Both the position numbers and the translations under genes were made by a program. A DNA stretch of 62,754 nucleotides, counting the filler, from Chrysochromulina tobinii (taxonomy: Eukaryota), in NCBI GenBank assembly GCA_001275005.1. It is 8 parts of 8 records of this genome, joined end to end, with 100 filler letters (N's around TTAATTAATTAA, not from the genome) between each part and the next. Parts side by side here need not be neighbours in the genome. Positions count along the whole stretch, not along the records: positions 50,830 to 62,754 come from JWZX01001240.1; 7 more parts are not named here. The stretch is one strand, 5' to 3'. The notes beneath the pieces are model-generated. The model searched no databases. It was not told where the DNA came from and was given only the letters and a program-made list of their open reading frames with translations. Below are positions 50,830 through 61,500 of the stretch, in pieces (position 1 is the first letter of the stretch; each line of letters begins with the position of its first letter).

Positions 50830-53800
50830 CTCGCGTACCTCTGGCCAAACCACTTTAGCAACACCACCCAGCCCACCTTCCTATGCGGCATCGACAACAC
50901 CGCCACGGGATGGTACGCCAACGGTTCGTCCACCTGCACCGACACGTGCAACTATGCCTCCGACGGCGACTGCGACGACGGCGGCCCCGGCTCGGAGTAC
51001 GACTTCTTCAAAGATCTAATTGGTCTCCTGGGGGCTGATTGCCCCCTCGGTTCCGACTGCACCGACTGCGGCCCGCGCGTGAACCTTCTATGCCCTCTTG
51101 ATAACGGGGTGCCAGTCTGCGGAGGGTTCTCGTATTTGCCCTCAAGCCTCGTGACGGGCTACAGTGCGCTGGCGTTCGGGAACCCCGACAACTCAATTTA
51201 CGTGGGCGGCTTCCAGAACGTCACCAACGCCGGCACCGTCGCGGCTCTGCGGGCGTCCATCGTCCGGAGAGCAAACTGGGTGTTCAGCAACGTGGTCACC
51301 GGCCCATTCCAACTGATAACCTCTTTTGAAATCTACTCCGACCCGCCCTCCCCGCCGCCTTCTCCGCCCTCGCCGCCGCCCCGCCCGCCTTCGCCGCCCT
51401 CGCTGCCGCCGCCCCCTCCAAGACCGCGGTCGCCGCCCTCGCCCCCCCGCCTGCTGGCCCACCATGGGGGTCTCTGCGCACGGTCTGCACCAACGAGTGC
51501 AGCTCTGCCTCCGATGGCGCTTGCGACGACGGCGGCCCCGGCTCCGAGTTTACCTTGTGCGGTTTCGGCAATGATTGCGCCGACTGCGGCCCTCGCACGG
51601 CCCCCGCGTGCGATGCGGGCTTCTCGTGCGGCATGTGCCTGATGATCGAGACCGCGTGCCCGAGCGCGACCACCATCACCCGCCTGGGCCGATGCGCTAA
51701 TCCCAACCTTCCTGCCTGCACGAATACGTGCAACTTCGCCTCCGACAACAACTGCGACGATGGCGGTCCCGGCTCCGAGTTCTTCAACTGCGCTCGCGGC
51801 TCCGACTGCACCGACTGCGGCGTTCGCCAGCCCCCTCTCGACAACAGTAACTGCCGCGGCACCGGCCAATGTGGCACGAGTGCGAACCTCAACAACTGCG
51901 GCACCGACGACATCTACCGCTTGGCGTACCGAATGAGGCCCCCCCCACCGCCCCCGCCCCCGCCGCCCCCTCGGAAGCCGCCGCCTCAGTCGCCTTCGCC
52001 CGCGCCGCCGCCGTCCGGCTGCAGGAACAGCAATGCACTCAACTACCGCCCCTTTGCTGTCGTCGACGACGGCTCGTGCCTCATCGGCGGGTGCACCGAC
52101 TCGCGTTTCCCCCAGTACAACCCGTTGGCCACGTACGACAACGGGTTTGCCAACGGCGGCTGCGCACCGCCTGTCCCGGGCTGCACGAACTCCCGGGCCG
52201 TCAACTACCAGGCGAGCGCCACCTACTGCCCCACGGGCAACTGCTGCGTCATGGCCACACCCGTGTATGGCTGCATGAACTCGGACGCCCTCAACTACAA
52301 CCCGTCCGCCACGTACAGCAACGCGAGCGCCTATCCATGCGTTCCTCGCGTCCGGGGCTGCACGAACTCGGCGGCAGCCAACTACAACGCGCTCTACAAC
52401 ACGCTGCTCCCCGGCTCGTGCATCGTCTTCGGCTGCACGAACTCGTTGGCCTCCAACTACAACGCGCAGGCCACGAACTACGACGGCTCGTGCCCGGCAC
52501 ACCGAGGCTGCACCGACCCTGCTGCGGCCAACTACAACGCGGTCTACAACACGCAGCTGCCTGGCTCGTGCACGTACGGCGGCTGCAGGACTGTGGGCGA
52601 TCCCAACTACAACGCGCGGAACACCTTCGCCATCCCGGGCTCGTGCGCGGGCTCGGGCCGTCGCCTCGAGGAGGACGCTCCGGGTCGCCGCCTGCAGCAG
52701 GGTGCGGGGTGCTTGGACCCGACCGCGATCACGTATTCGTCCTCGGCCACGTCGCACGTTCAGTCCCTGTGCACGTACGCCATCCTTGGGTGCACGGATC
52801 CCAACGCGTTCAACTACCTGGCGTCGGCCACGGCGGGCAACTCCCAGGCCTCCTCGCCGTGCATCGCCCGTGTCACTGGCTGCATGGCGATCTCGGCGCT
52901 CAACTACAACAGCCTCGCCAACGTCAACAGCCCATCCTCGTGCTTGTACGCCGTCCAGGGCTGCGCGGACACTGCCGCCAGCAACTACATGGCCGCGGCC
53001 AACGTCAACGTCGCCTCGTTGTGCACGTACGTCATCAGCGGCTGCACGAGCCCTCTGGCCGCGAACTACAACCCCTCGGCCACCGTCGACAACGGCGGGT
53101 GCACGTGGCCAGTGCGTGGCTGCACTAACCCGACGGCCACGAACTACGTGGCCGGCGTCACTCCTGGGTTTGCCACCACGTGCCTTTACTCCGTCCCCGG
53201 CTGCACGTTTGCCGCGGCGTCCAACTACAACCCAAGCGCCACCGTCGACGACGGCAGCTGCGTCGTGAGGTCGCCGCCACCTAATCCACCCCCGCCCTCC
53301 CGGCCGCCCTCCCGGCCGCCCCCACCGCGCTCACCCCCCCGCCCGCCGCCCTCGCCGCCGCCGCCCTCCCCCTCCCCGCCCGCCCTCCCCCTCCCCGCCC
53401 GCCACCGCCGCCCTCCACGCCGCCATCGCCACCATCGCAGCCCGGAGCGCCCCAGATGGGCCTGGGGCTCTCGATGGCTCCCTCGGACTCGGGAGCCTCC
53501 ATCGCCATCGCCGTCTGCGTCACGATCAGCGTTGTGGCCATCATGTTCTTCGCGTGCCAGGTCTACACCCGAAAGTGGAGGAACGCGCGCGCTAAGACGG
53601 ACGTCACGTCCAAGGCGAGCAACGGTTCCACCGAGCTCCAGCAGATCCAGGTCAAGGAGAAGTACAAGCCCATCCCCATGGGCCAGATCTCGTACGGCGA
53701 CCAGCTGGGCACCGGCGCCTTTGGCGTCGTGTACAAGTGCACGTTCCAGGCGACCAAGTGCGCCATCAAGAAGCTGCACGCCAAGGACGAGAGCTCGGAG

Positions 53801-54862
53801 GCGCTCGCCAAGGCGCTCATGGACGAGTTCCACGTGATGAGCCAGCTCCGCCACCCGAACGTGCTGCTCACGCTCGGCATCGCCGAGGACGCGGTCGAGG
53901 GCACCAAGGGCATCGTCATGGAGCTCATGGAGGCCTCGCTCGCCGACGTGCTCAGCTCCGCCTCCTTCGAGCAGTACGCCACGTGGGCAGGCTCCTTCTT
54001 CTCCATCGCCTCGGACGTGGCCAACGGCATGGCCTACATCCACTTCAACAACATGCTCCACCGCGACCTCAAGCCGGGCAACGAGCCCCTCGACGCTCAG
54101 TGGGTGGCCAAGGTTGCCGACTTTGGCACCGTCTTCGACTCGTCCGGTAGCGCCATCTCGGAGAGCGGCGACATCCAGGGCACGCCGCCCTACATGGCGC
54201 CCGAGATCGTGAAGAGGCACGTGTACGACAAGCCGGTGGACGTGTGGGCCTTTGGGTGCATGCTCGCGCACATGGGCACGAAGCGTCCCCCGTACTCGTG
54301 GCTCACGCACATCGAGACGCCCAAGCAGCTCCTCGACGTGGTCGCAAGCGGCGAGTACTCGCCGCTCGAGCTGCTCCTCGAGAGCACGACCACGTCGGAC
54401 TCTATCAAGGATCTCGCAAAGTCGTGCTGCCAGCCTGGCCCCATTGTGCGGCCGACCTTCGAACAGATCTCGCAGAAGGTCAGCGAGGCCGTCAACGTCG
54501 CATTTGGCGCGGCGACTCCCCGCGGATCTAGCAATGTCGACCCGCGCCCCGTGGCGCGCATCAAGAACAAGCGCCCACTGCGCACCTCTATCATCGCGGC
54601 CCCCGGAGCGCCGGAACGTGACAGTACGGCGTCTTCGGATTCCCTCACATCGACAATGGACCAGTCGTACCGCGAGAAGTTCAAGAACCGCTCCAAGTCT
54701 TCGCTCGAGAAGTCGTACCGCGTCAACACGGACGCGCCGGCGTCGCCGGGCGGCGAGGCGTCCGCGCCGCCGCCGCCCGCCGAGTCGAACAATTCGCTGT
54801 TCCAGACTTTTTCGGATACGCTCCTCGCCACCTTCACGCCCGGCAAGGGGCTCAAAGACTAG
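50830..54862 (+). CDS. Single-pass receptor-like TKL kinase with a Cys-repeat ectodomain, 5'-partial; frameshifts near 51445 and 53380-53400
   Basis: Three CDDGGPGSE modules, Pro linkers, 15 GCxxxxAxNY..C repeats, TM IAIAVCVTISVVAIMFFAC, and kinase motifs GTGAFGVVYK, AIKK, HRDLKPGN, DFG, YMAPE, DVWAFG. Confidence 0.88.
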
Positions 54863-55885
54863 TTCAAGGACGTTTTGAAGTCGGACGGACGAACGGGCGG
54901 ATGCGATGGGGACACGGATGACATGGGGGCAAGGAGAGCGCATAGGAAATGTGAGCACGCGCCGCGGCGTGCACGGCCCCCGTGCTGTCAGGGCAGATCA
55001 GGGGCGTTGCCCTCGCGCCGTCGCGCCGCCACTGCACGCATGCTGTGCAGCGATTGCGGCGAGTCTAGGCTCGAGACTGCCAACAGGGAAAGGGTGAGGG
55101 CTGAGCCCGTTTGGGAGTTGGATCTCATGGACGTCGAGCAGTGCTTCTCGGCGGGGGTAAGTCACTGGGCGTCGGGCGTCGGGCGCGTTCACCCTTTGAC
55201 TCGTGCTGGACATGCTCGCGCATTGCGCTATGCACCACGGCACGATACGTATCGTCTCGATAGCATACCATAAATAGTTGATTTCGGCAGTACAAGGGTC
55301 GGGGGGAGTAGGACGACCACGCGGGAGCGTGTGACGGGTGTGGGGGGAAGGGGGGTGGAGGGTGGAGGTGTGTCGGGTGAAGGTAGTGCGCAGTGTGCAG
55401 TGTGTGCTGGTGTGTGCAGTGTGCTGGTGTGTGCAGTGTGCAGGTAAAAGATTGTTAATCCGCGGTTCCGCGCCCGCGAGTGCGTCCGCTTTGGCCTTTG
55501 CTGCGGCGCGCCCCTGCCCCGCCCTGCGGCTGCGCCCGGGCGACGGGCGTCCGCTTGCCGCGCGCTTCCCCCGACTTGCACTTCCGCACTTGCACCCTCC
55601 GGACTTTGGTCTTTGCGCCGGACGCGGGCGGTGAGGGAGGGCGGGGAGCGCGGCGGTGCGAGACCGTCGAGAGACTCTTCTTTGCGCTAATATGCTTGAC
55701 GCGTGCATCGCGGTGATGAAAGACACGAGATCGACGGAACACGCTCTACCGCGCTGTACAACTACTTACGTTACGGCACACTGTCGTCGGTACGCCGCGT
55801 GGCCGAACTGCCGTGCGAACACGCGGAGTAGCGAGGCTTCGTCTACCGGCGCGCGCCCCGCGGCGGAACTTAGCGTACAGTCGTA

Positions 55886-56800
55886 CTACATCAACGCCAC
55901 GCTCAGGACGCAAAAAGGCGCCTCGGCCGAGGAGGGCTCGATTTCCTCATCGTACTCTGCGCCCAGGAGCGTGGGCCCACCCGCGGGTTGGGCTTGGGCT
56001 TGGAACGCGGCTTCCAAGCGTAGCCGCTGTCGCCCGGGCCTGCGCAGCTGCCCCTCGACTGTTGCGCCGCTCGCGGCGTCGTATCGGAAGGTGTTGCTCA
56101 TGCCAAAGGGAGCCTTCTCCGCATCCTCGGCCTCACAGAGCGACGTGCCCTCGAAAGGGGCTAGCAGCAAGCAATTGTCGCCGCCGTGTACAAGCGCGAC
56201 GGGCCGCTCCGCGTCGCATGCCGCACCCGCCCAAGGAGTAAGTACGCGCTCCGTGCAGCCGCCCTCGCCCTTGAACTCGCCCTCGCCTTCGCCCTCGCCG
56301 TCGAGGTCCTCCACCGCCAGATAGATGAGCATCGGGCGCGCGCTCCGGTTGACCACAGAGACCAGCGGGAGTGCCGCCGTTGTGGGCGTGGGCGTTGTGC
56401 CAGCCAGGGAGTCCGCCGCTGCAGGTGCACGCCAGGCGAGGGCATCAAAGTACACCACCTCTGCCGCTAGCCGTGAAGCTGCTTCCCGCTGTGAAGATGC
56501 TTCCCGCTGTGAAGCTGCTTCCCGCTGTGAAGATGCTTCCCGCTGTGAAGCTGCTTCCCGCCCGCCGTGCGTCGGTGCGGCATCACTCTGGAGTTGGAGG
56601 TGCCCTTCCGATGCGAGCAGCGGCGGGTGAGAATGCAACGCGAGCAGCGGCACTCTCACGTGGTCCTCGAGGACGAGCTGGCCGCTGCCACCTTCGGCGC
56701 CACGCTCAGCGACTATGGCGCGCACTCGGGTGTGCTCACAGTAGCTGCGCACCTCCACTGTGGTCGAGGGCAAGCGCTGTGCGACGAAGGCCGCGCAGGA
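55886..56800 (-). CDS. Coding-like region without a clear start (separate gene or frameshifted continuation of the FHA gene)
   Basis: About 300 codons of globular-looking sequence (VEVRSYCEHTRVRAIV...LVSVVNRSARPMLIYL...FCVLSVALM) with an 18-bp repeat (REAASQ/REASSQ). Confidence 0.5.
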   Translation of the reverse strand, partial: SCAAFVAQRLPSTTVEVRSYCEHTRVRAIVAERGAEGGSGQLVLEDHVRVPLLALHSHPPLLASEGHLQLQSDAAPTHGGREAASQREASSQREAASQREASSQREAASRLAAEVVYFDALAWRAPAAADSLAGTTPTPTTAALPLVSVVNRSARPMLIYLAVEDLDGEGEGEGEFKGEGGCTERVLTPWAGAACDAERPVALVHGGDNCLLLAPFEGTSLCEAEDAEKAPFGMSNTFRYDAASGATVEGQLRRPGRQRLRLEAAFQAQAQPAGGPTLLGAEYDEEIEPSSAEAPFCVLSVALM

Positions 56801-58317
56801 CGAGGACACGAACGAGGACGAGGACGAGAAGGCGGCGAAGGCGGTGGAAGAGGCAGAGCACGGCCGCCCCCTTGTCCATCCCTCTTTGGGGAACGTGCGA
56901 GGGGCCGCCCTTGTCGAGTGCTCAGTGGCGTGCTCGATGAGGTCAGCAAACCGCCCCCTGGGTCTGGTCCTTCCTTCCCCTCCGCCAGAGACCCCCCCGT
57001 CTCGCCCCGTGCCGCGCCAATCGCAGCGGTGGCGACCTTGGTGACCGTGTACGTCGGCTTCGGAAGGCTCGATGGCCGCGGAGGACGTGGCGCTATCGCG
57101 GCCGTCATGGTCGAGCCACACGCCGCGGCCGGCGCAGCGGCTGTTGCCGCGGCCGGTGCCTCCGGATCGGGCAGACACTCTGGCGACGGAGGCTCATAGT
57201 ATCGGACCGACGGGCGCGATGCGAAGCGCACGCGCACAGGGCCGCGCCGGCGCCGCTGCCGCCGCTCCATGAGCCGGCCGCACTGCTCGTCGGCGAATGC
57301 AGTCTGCCGCCGCCACCCGCTCTCCGATCGCTCAATCTCACGCCCGATCTCAATCTCACGCCCGATCTCAATCTCACGCCCGATCTCAATCTCACTCCTG
57401 ATCTCGCGCCCCGTCTCCCGAGCCCGCGCCGCAGCCGGCGCCGGAGGCGGCGCTACCGGCGGCGCCGATGCGGACCCGGCGAGGCCCTCGGCGCGACGCG
57501 CATTCTGGCGCGTGTTCCACTGGCATACTTCGTCGACGTTGTCGGCGCCTTCGGCCTCTTCGTCCATCCACTCGACCGCCGCCTGCACGCGCGCGACAAG
57601 CCCCGGCTGCACGCCTACTGGCGGATTCGCTGCTGCTGCGCTCCTCAGCTGTGGAATCAGCTGTGGAATCGCCGGCGCCGGCAAAGTAGGATGCTGCGCT
57701 CGATGCGAGTGCATCAGGCTCGACGCAGCTGCGGCCGTTGCGGCTGGCGGTGCGGTCGTGATCTGCGGCGGGATGAGGCCGGCGCTCTGGGGTGTGCTCC
57801 GGAGCACATAGGCTCGTGAGGACGCTCCAAAGACACAGGGCACACCGTCGCGCCAGTGCGTCGGCTCGCGCGGCGGCAAGCGCTCGCCATTAAGGAAGGT
57901 GCCATGCGCCGAGCCAAGATCGAGCAGGTACACTGCACCACTGCGATGCTGGAGCACGATGGCGTGATGTCGTGAGGCGGATGCGTGCTCGAGCACCAGG
58001 TCACACTCCGCCAAGCGGCCGGCAAGCAGGTAGGCGCGGCCAGCGAGAGGCACAGTGTCGATGAGTGTCGCGCCGCGCCACGCGAGCAGGACGCCAGTAG
58101 CAGCCGCCGCTGAGCACCACTCGGGCAGCACAAAGTTTGCGACTGTCGGAGTGCAGCTACCTGCCTTTGCAGGCACCACGGCAGGAGCTGCGGCCGCACT
58201 TGCCGGAGGTGCTGCGGCCCGCTGGGTGCCTCCGAACATTAGCAGCGGATCCCAGCTCTGATTAGCGAGCAAGGCATCAAGGCGGGTGGGCGAGCCAGTG
58301 CGCCATCCACGTTTCAT
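56713..58317 (-). CDS. FHA-domain protein, NIPP1/PPP1R8-like
   Basis: FVLPEWC; FHA GRLAECDLVLEHASASRHHA..YLLDLGSAHGTFLNG..FGASSRAYVLR; a NIPP1-like DEVCQWNTRQNARR segment; PP1-docking RVRF. Confidence 0.8.
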   Translation of the reverse strand: MKRGWRTGSPTRLDALLANQSWDPLLMFGGTQRAAAPPASAAAAPAVVPAKAGSCTPTVANFVLPEWCSAAAATGVLLAWRGATLIDTVPLAGRAYLLAGRLAECDLVLEHASASRHHAIVLQHRSGAVYLLDLGSAHGTFLNGERLPPREPTHWRDGVPCVFGASSRAYVLRSTPQSAGLIPPQITTAPPAATAAAASSLMHSHRAQHPTLPAPAIPQLIPQLRSAAAANPPVGVQPGLVARVQAAVEWMDEEAEGADNVDEVCQWNTRQNARRAEGLAGSASAPPVAPPPAPAAARARETGREIRSEIEIGREIEIGREIEIGREIERSESGWRRQTAFADEQCGRLMERRQRRRRGPVRVRFASRPSVRYYEPPSPECLPDPEAPAAATAAAPAAACGSTMTAAIAPRPPRPSSLPKPTYTVTKVATAAIGAARGETGGSLAEGKEGPDPGGGLLTSSSTPLSTRQGRPLARSPKRDGQGGGRALPLPPPSPPSRPRPRSCPRPARPSSHSACPRPQWRCAATVSTPECAP

Positions 58318-58515
58318 ATCCACGGCGGCGGCACGCGAGGTTGGTCGTAGAGACCAAGAAAGGCTCCATGCTGCCGAGGAGGGCGAATGCGCGCTGTGAA
58401 TGAGGAATTAAAGTTGGGCGTGCTGTCTCGGAACGCCTAAGTGCCGTTTGAGATCGCTTCTTTCGGGAGCTGCGGGCTCGGGTCGTGTTAACGTTCACAC
58501 CCCTCGGCAAAAGTT
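58318..58515. promoter_or_regulatory. Probable bidirectional promoter between the divergent FHA and TOP2 genes
   Basis: About 200-bp head-to-head spacing. Similar divergent pairs lie at 16077-16318 and 8781-8878. Positional inference only. Confidence 0.4.
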
Positions 58516-61500
58516 ATGTCGGCAATCCGACGGACTACCGTGGCCACCTCCGCGACCCTTAGCCGTTCCTTGCCACCACTCATCGCACGACGTTTTGTCT
58601 CGCGCACGGAGTCAAAGATGACTGTGAGCGAACTGAAGGAGGTGCTGGGCAAGCTCGGTTTGCCGACGACAGGCAAGAAGGCCGAGCTGGTGGCACGGCA
58701 TGCGGAGGCGTTGGCGCTGGCGGCGACAGGGCCCGAACCCGCAAAGCGCATCCACACGGCCGCACCCGCAGTGATCGCCTCCTCATCCTCGGCGGACGCG
58801 TCCAAGTTCGAACGGCTCACGCCGGTCGAGCACGTCCTACGCCGTCCGGGCATGTACATCGGCTCGACTTCGGTGCAGATCGAGCCGCTGTGGGTTCACG
58901 ACGCGGCCGAGGATCGGATCGTGTGGCGCGATGCACAGTACATCCCAGGGCTCTATAAGATTTTTGACGAGATCCTCGTCAACGCGCTCGACAACGTGCA
59001 GCGCGACCCGGCGGGCACCAACCGCATTGACGTGGCCATCGAGCCGCGCTCAGGGCGAACGAGCGTGTGGAATAACGGGCGCGGCATCCCGGTGCGCCGG
59101 CACGAGATCGAGGGCGTGTGGCTCCCCGAGATGCTCCTAGGCTCTCTCTTCACCGGTTCCAACTTTGACGACGAAGCCAAGCGTACCGTTGGGGGCAGGC
59201 ATGGTTTCGGTGCGAAGCTGACGAACCTCTTCTCAACGGCCTTCGAGGTGCAGACGGCGGACGCGGCGGCGGGCGTGCTGTACACCCAGCGCTGGGCGGC
59301 CAATATGAGCGAGCGCACCGAGCCAACCATCGAGCCGCTGCCGGCCACGATGCGAGGAGCGGACTTCACCAAGATCGTCTTCACACCCGACCTGACGAAA
59401 TTTGGTGTGCACGCACTACCGGAGGACATGCTTGCTCTCTTCCGACGGCGCGTGTACGATGCGGCTGCGACCGCCGCACCCGCGTGCGTCTCGCTCGACG
59501 GCCGAACGCTCCAAGTGAGCGGGCTGCAGCAGCTCGCACAGCTGTATACGAGCGGCCCGCACGCCTTCGCACGGGTGTCCGAGCGATGGCACGTGGGGGC
59601 GTGCCTCTCGCCTACCGGTGCTTTCCAAGCGCTCAGCTTCGTCAATGGCGTCGCCACGCCGCGTGCGGGCACGCACGTGACGCACGTATGCACGCCACTG
59701 CTGCAGGCGCTCGCTCCGGCGCTCAGCCGAGCGCTCAAGCTGCCCGCGGGTGAGGAGCTCACGACGGCGCGCCTCAAGCCGCATCTGATGCTCTTCGTCG
59801 ATTGCAAAGTGGATAACCCAGAGTTCGACTCGCAGTCGAAGGAAGCGCTCACGAGCCACCCTAGCAGCTTCGGGGGGCTGTGCGCCCTACCCGACGCCTT
59901 CATCAAGCGCGTGGCGGCCCTCGAGGGGCTTCGGGCCGCCGTTGCCGACGCGTTTGAACGACGCGCCACCAAAGAGCTCGCGCGCCGTACTGGGCCAGCG
60001 ACCTCGCTGCTCGAGGTGCCAAAGCTCGAGGACGCGGAGCTGGCGGGCGGACCAAGCGCATCCGAGTGCACTCTCATTGTAACCGAGGGCGATTCCGCCA
60101 AGGCGTTGGCGGTGGCGGGGCTTGAGGTCGTCGGGCGGGAGCGTTACGGCGTCTTCCCCCTACGCGGCAAGCCACTCAACGTGCGTGAGATCTCGGCCAG
60201 AAAGGTGGGCGACAACGAGGAGCTCACCGGCCTGATGCGCGCCCTCGGCCTCACGCCAGGCGCGAGCTACGAACATCAGGTGGAGGCACTCAAGGCACTA
60301 TCCTCCTCGATCTCCTCGATCTCCTCGATCTCGCCGGCCGCCGAGGGTGGCGCGAACGCCGAGGGTGGCGCGAGCGCCGAGGGTGGCGCCAGCGCCTCGC
60401 CCATGCCTTCAGGCAAAGCCAGGGCTCGTGGCACGGGCCTGCGGTACGGGCGCCTCATGCTGATGGCGGATCAGGATACCGATGGCTCGCACATCAAGGG
60501 CCTCGTCATTTCGATGCTTCATCACTTTTGGCCCGAGTTGCTGCGTGCCGACTTTGTGCAAGAGTTCCAGACGCCGCTGCTCAAGGCGCGGCGTATCTCG
60601 GACGGCCAGGTACTCGCGTTCTTCTCGTTGCCCGAGTACGAAGCCTGGCACACGCAGCTCAGCGCGCCCGAGCAACGCCACTGGCGTGCCAAGTACTACA
60701 AGGGGCTGGGCACCTCGACCGCGCAGGAGGCGCGTGAGTACTTCGGGGCCTTGGGCTCGCATCGGCTTCAGCTCGAGTGGGCGAGCGCGGCAGATGACGA
60801 CCTGATCGACATGGCCTTCTCGAAGAAGCGAGCGGCGGATCGGCGCGAGTGGATGCTGCACGCTGCACGTCGCATGCATGCTGCAGCCAACGCGGCGGCA
60901 ACACCTGCGCAACTCGTGGACAGCAACGAGCCGCCGCCGCCGCCGCCGCCGCCGCAGCCGCCGCCGCAGCAGGGAGTTGAGCCGCCGTCGCCGCCGAAAG
61001 CGCAGCAAGGGCGCCGTGCGATCGGGGAGCGACGCACATACGCGGCATTCGTCAACGAGGAGCTCGTCCAGTTTTCTCTCGCGGACGTGCGCCGCTCGCT
61101 CCCATCCGCCATTGATGGCCTCAAGCCTTCCCAGCGCAAGGTGCTCTACGCGTGCTTTGCCAAGCGTCTGCTGCCCTCCGCCGCGGAGATGAAGGTGGCG
61201 CAGCTCGCGGGCTTCTGTGCCGAGGTGACCCATTATCACCACGGCGAGGCTTCGATGCATGCGACCATCACGAACATGGCGCAGGGCTTTGTGGGCTCGA
61301 ACAACGTGCCGCTACTAGAAGCGTGTGGCCAGTTTGGCACGCGCGCCGCCGGTGGGAGTGACGCGGCCTCGGCTCGGTACATCTTCACACGCCTCACGCC
61401 GCTTGCTCCGCTCCTCTTCCCAGCGGCCGACGCACCGATCCTCAAGTACTGCGTCGAGGACGGACATTCTGTGGAGCCAATCCACTACGTGCCTGTGCTG

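Noticed and set aside
55338..55445. GT-rich tract (gtgtgcagtgtgtgctg)n
   Set aside because: Ordinary intergenic low-complexity microsatellite; not a telomere repeat.
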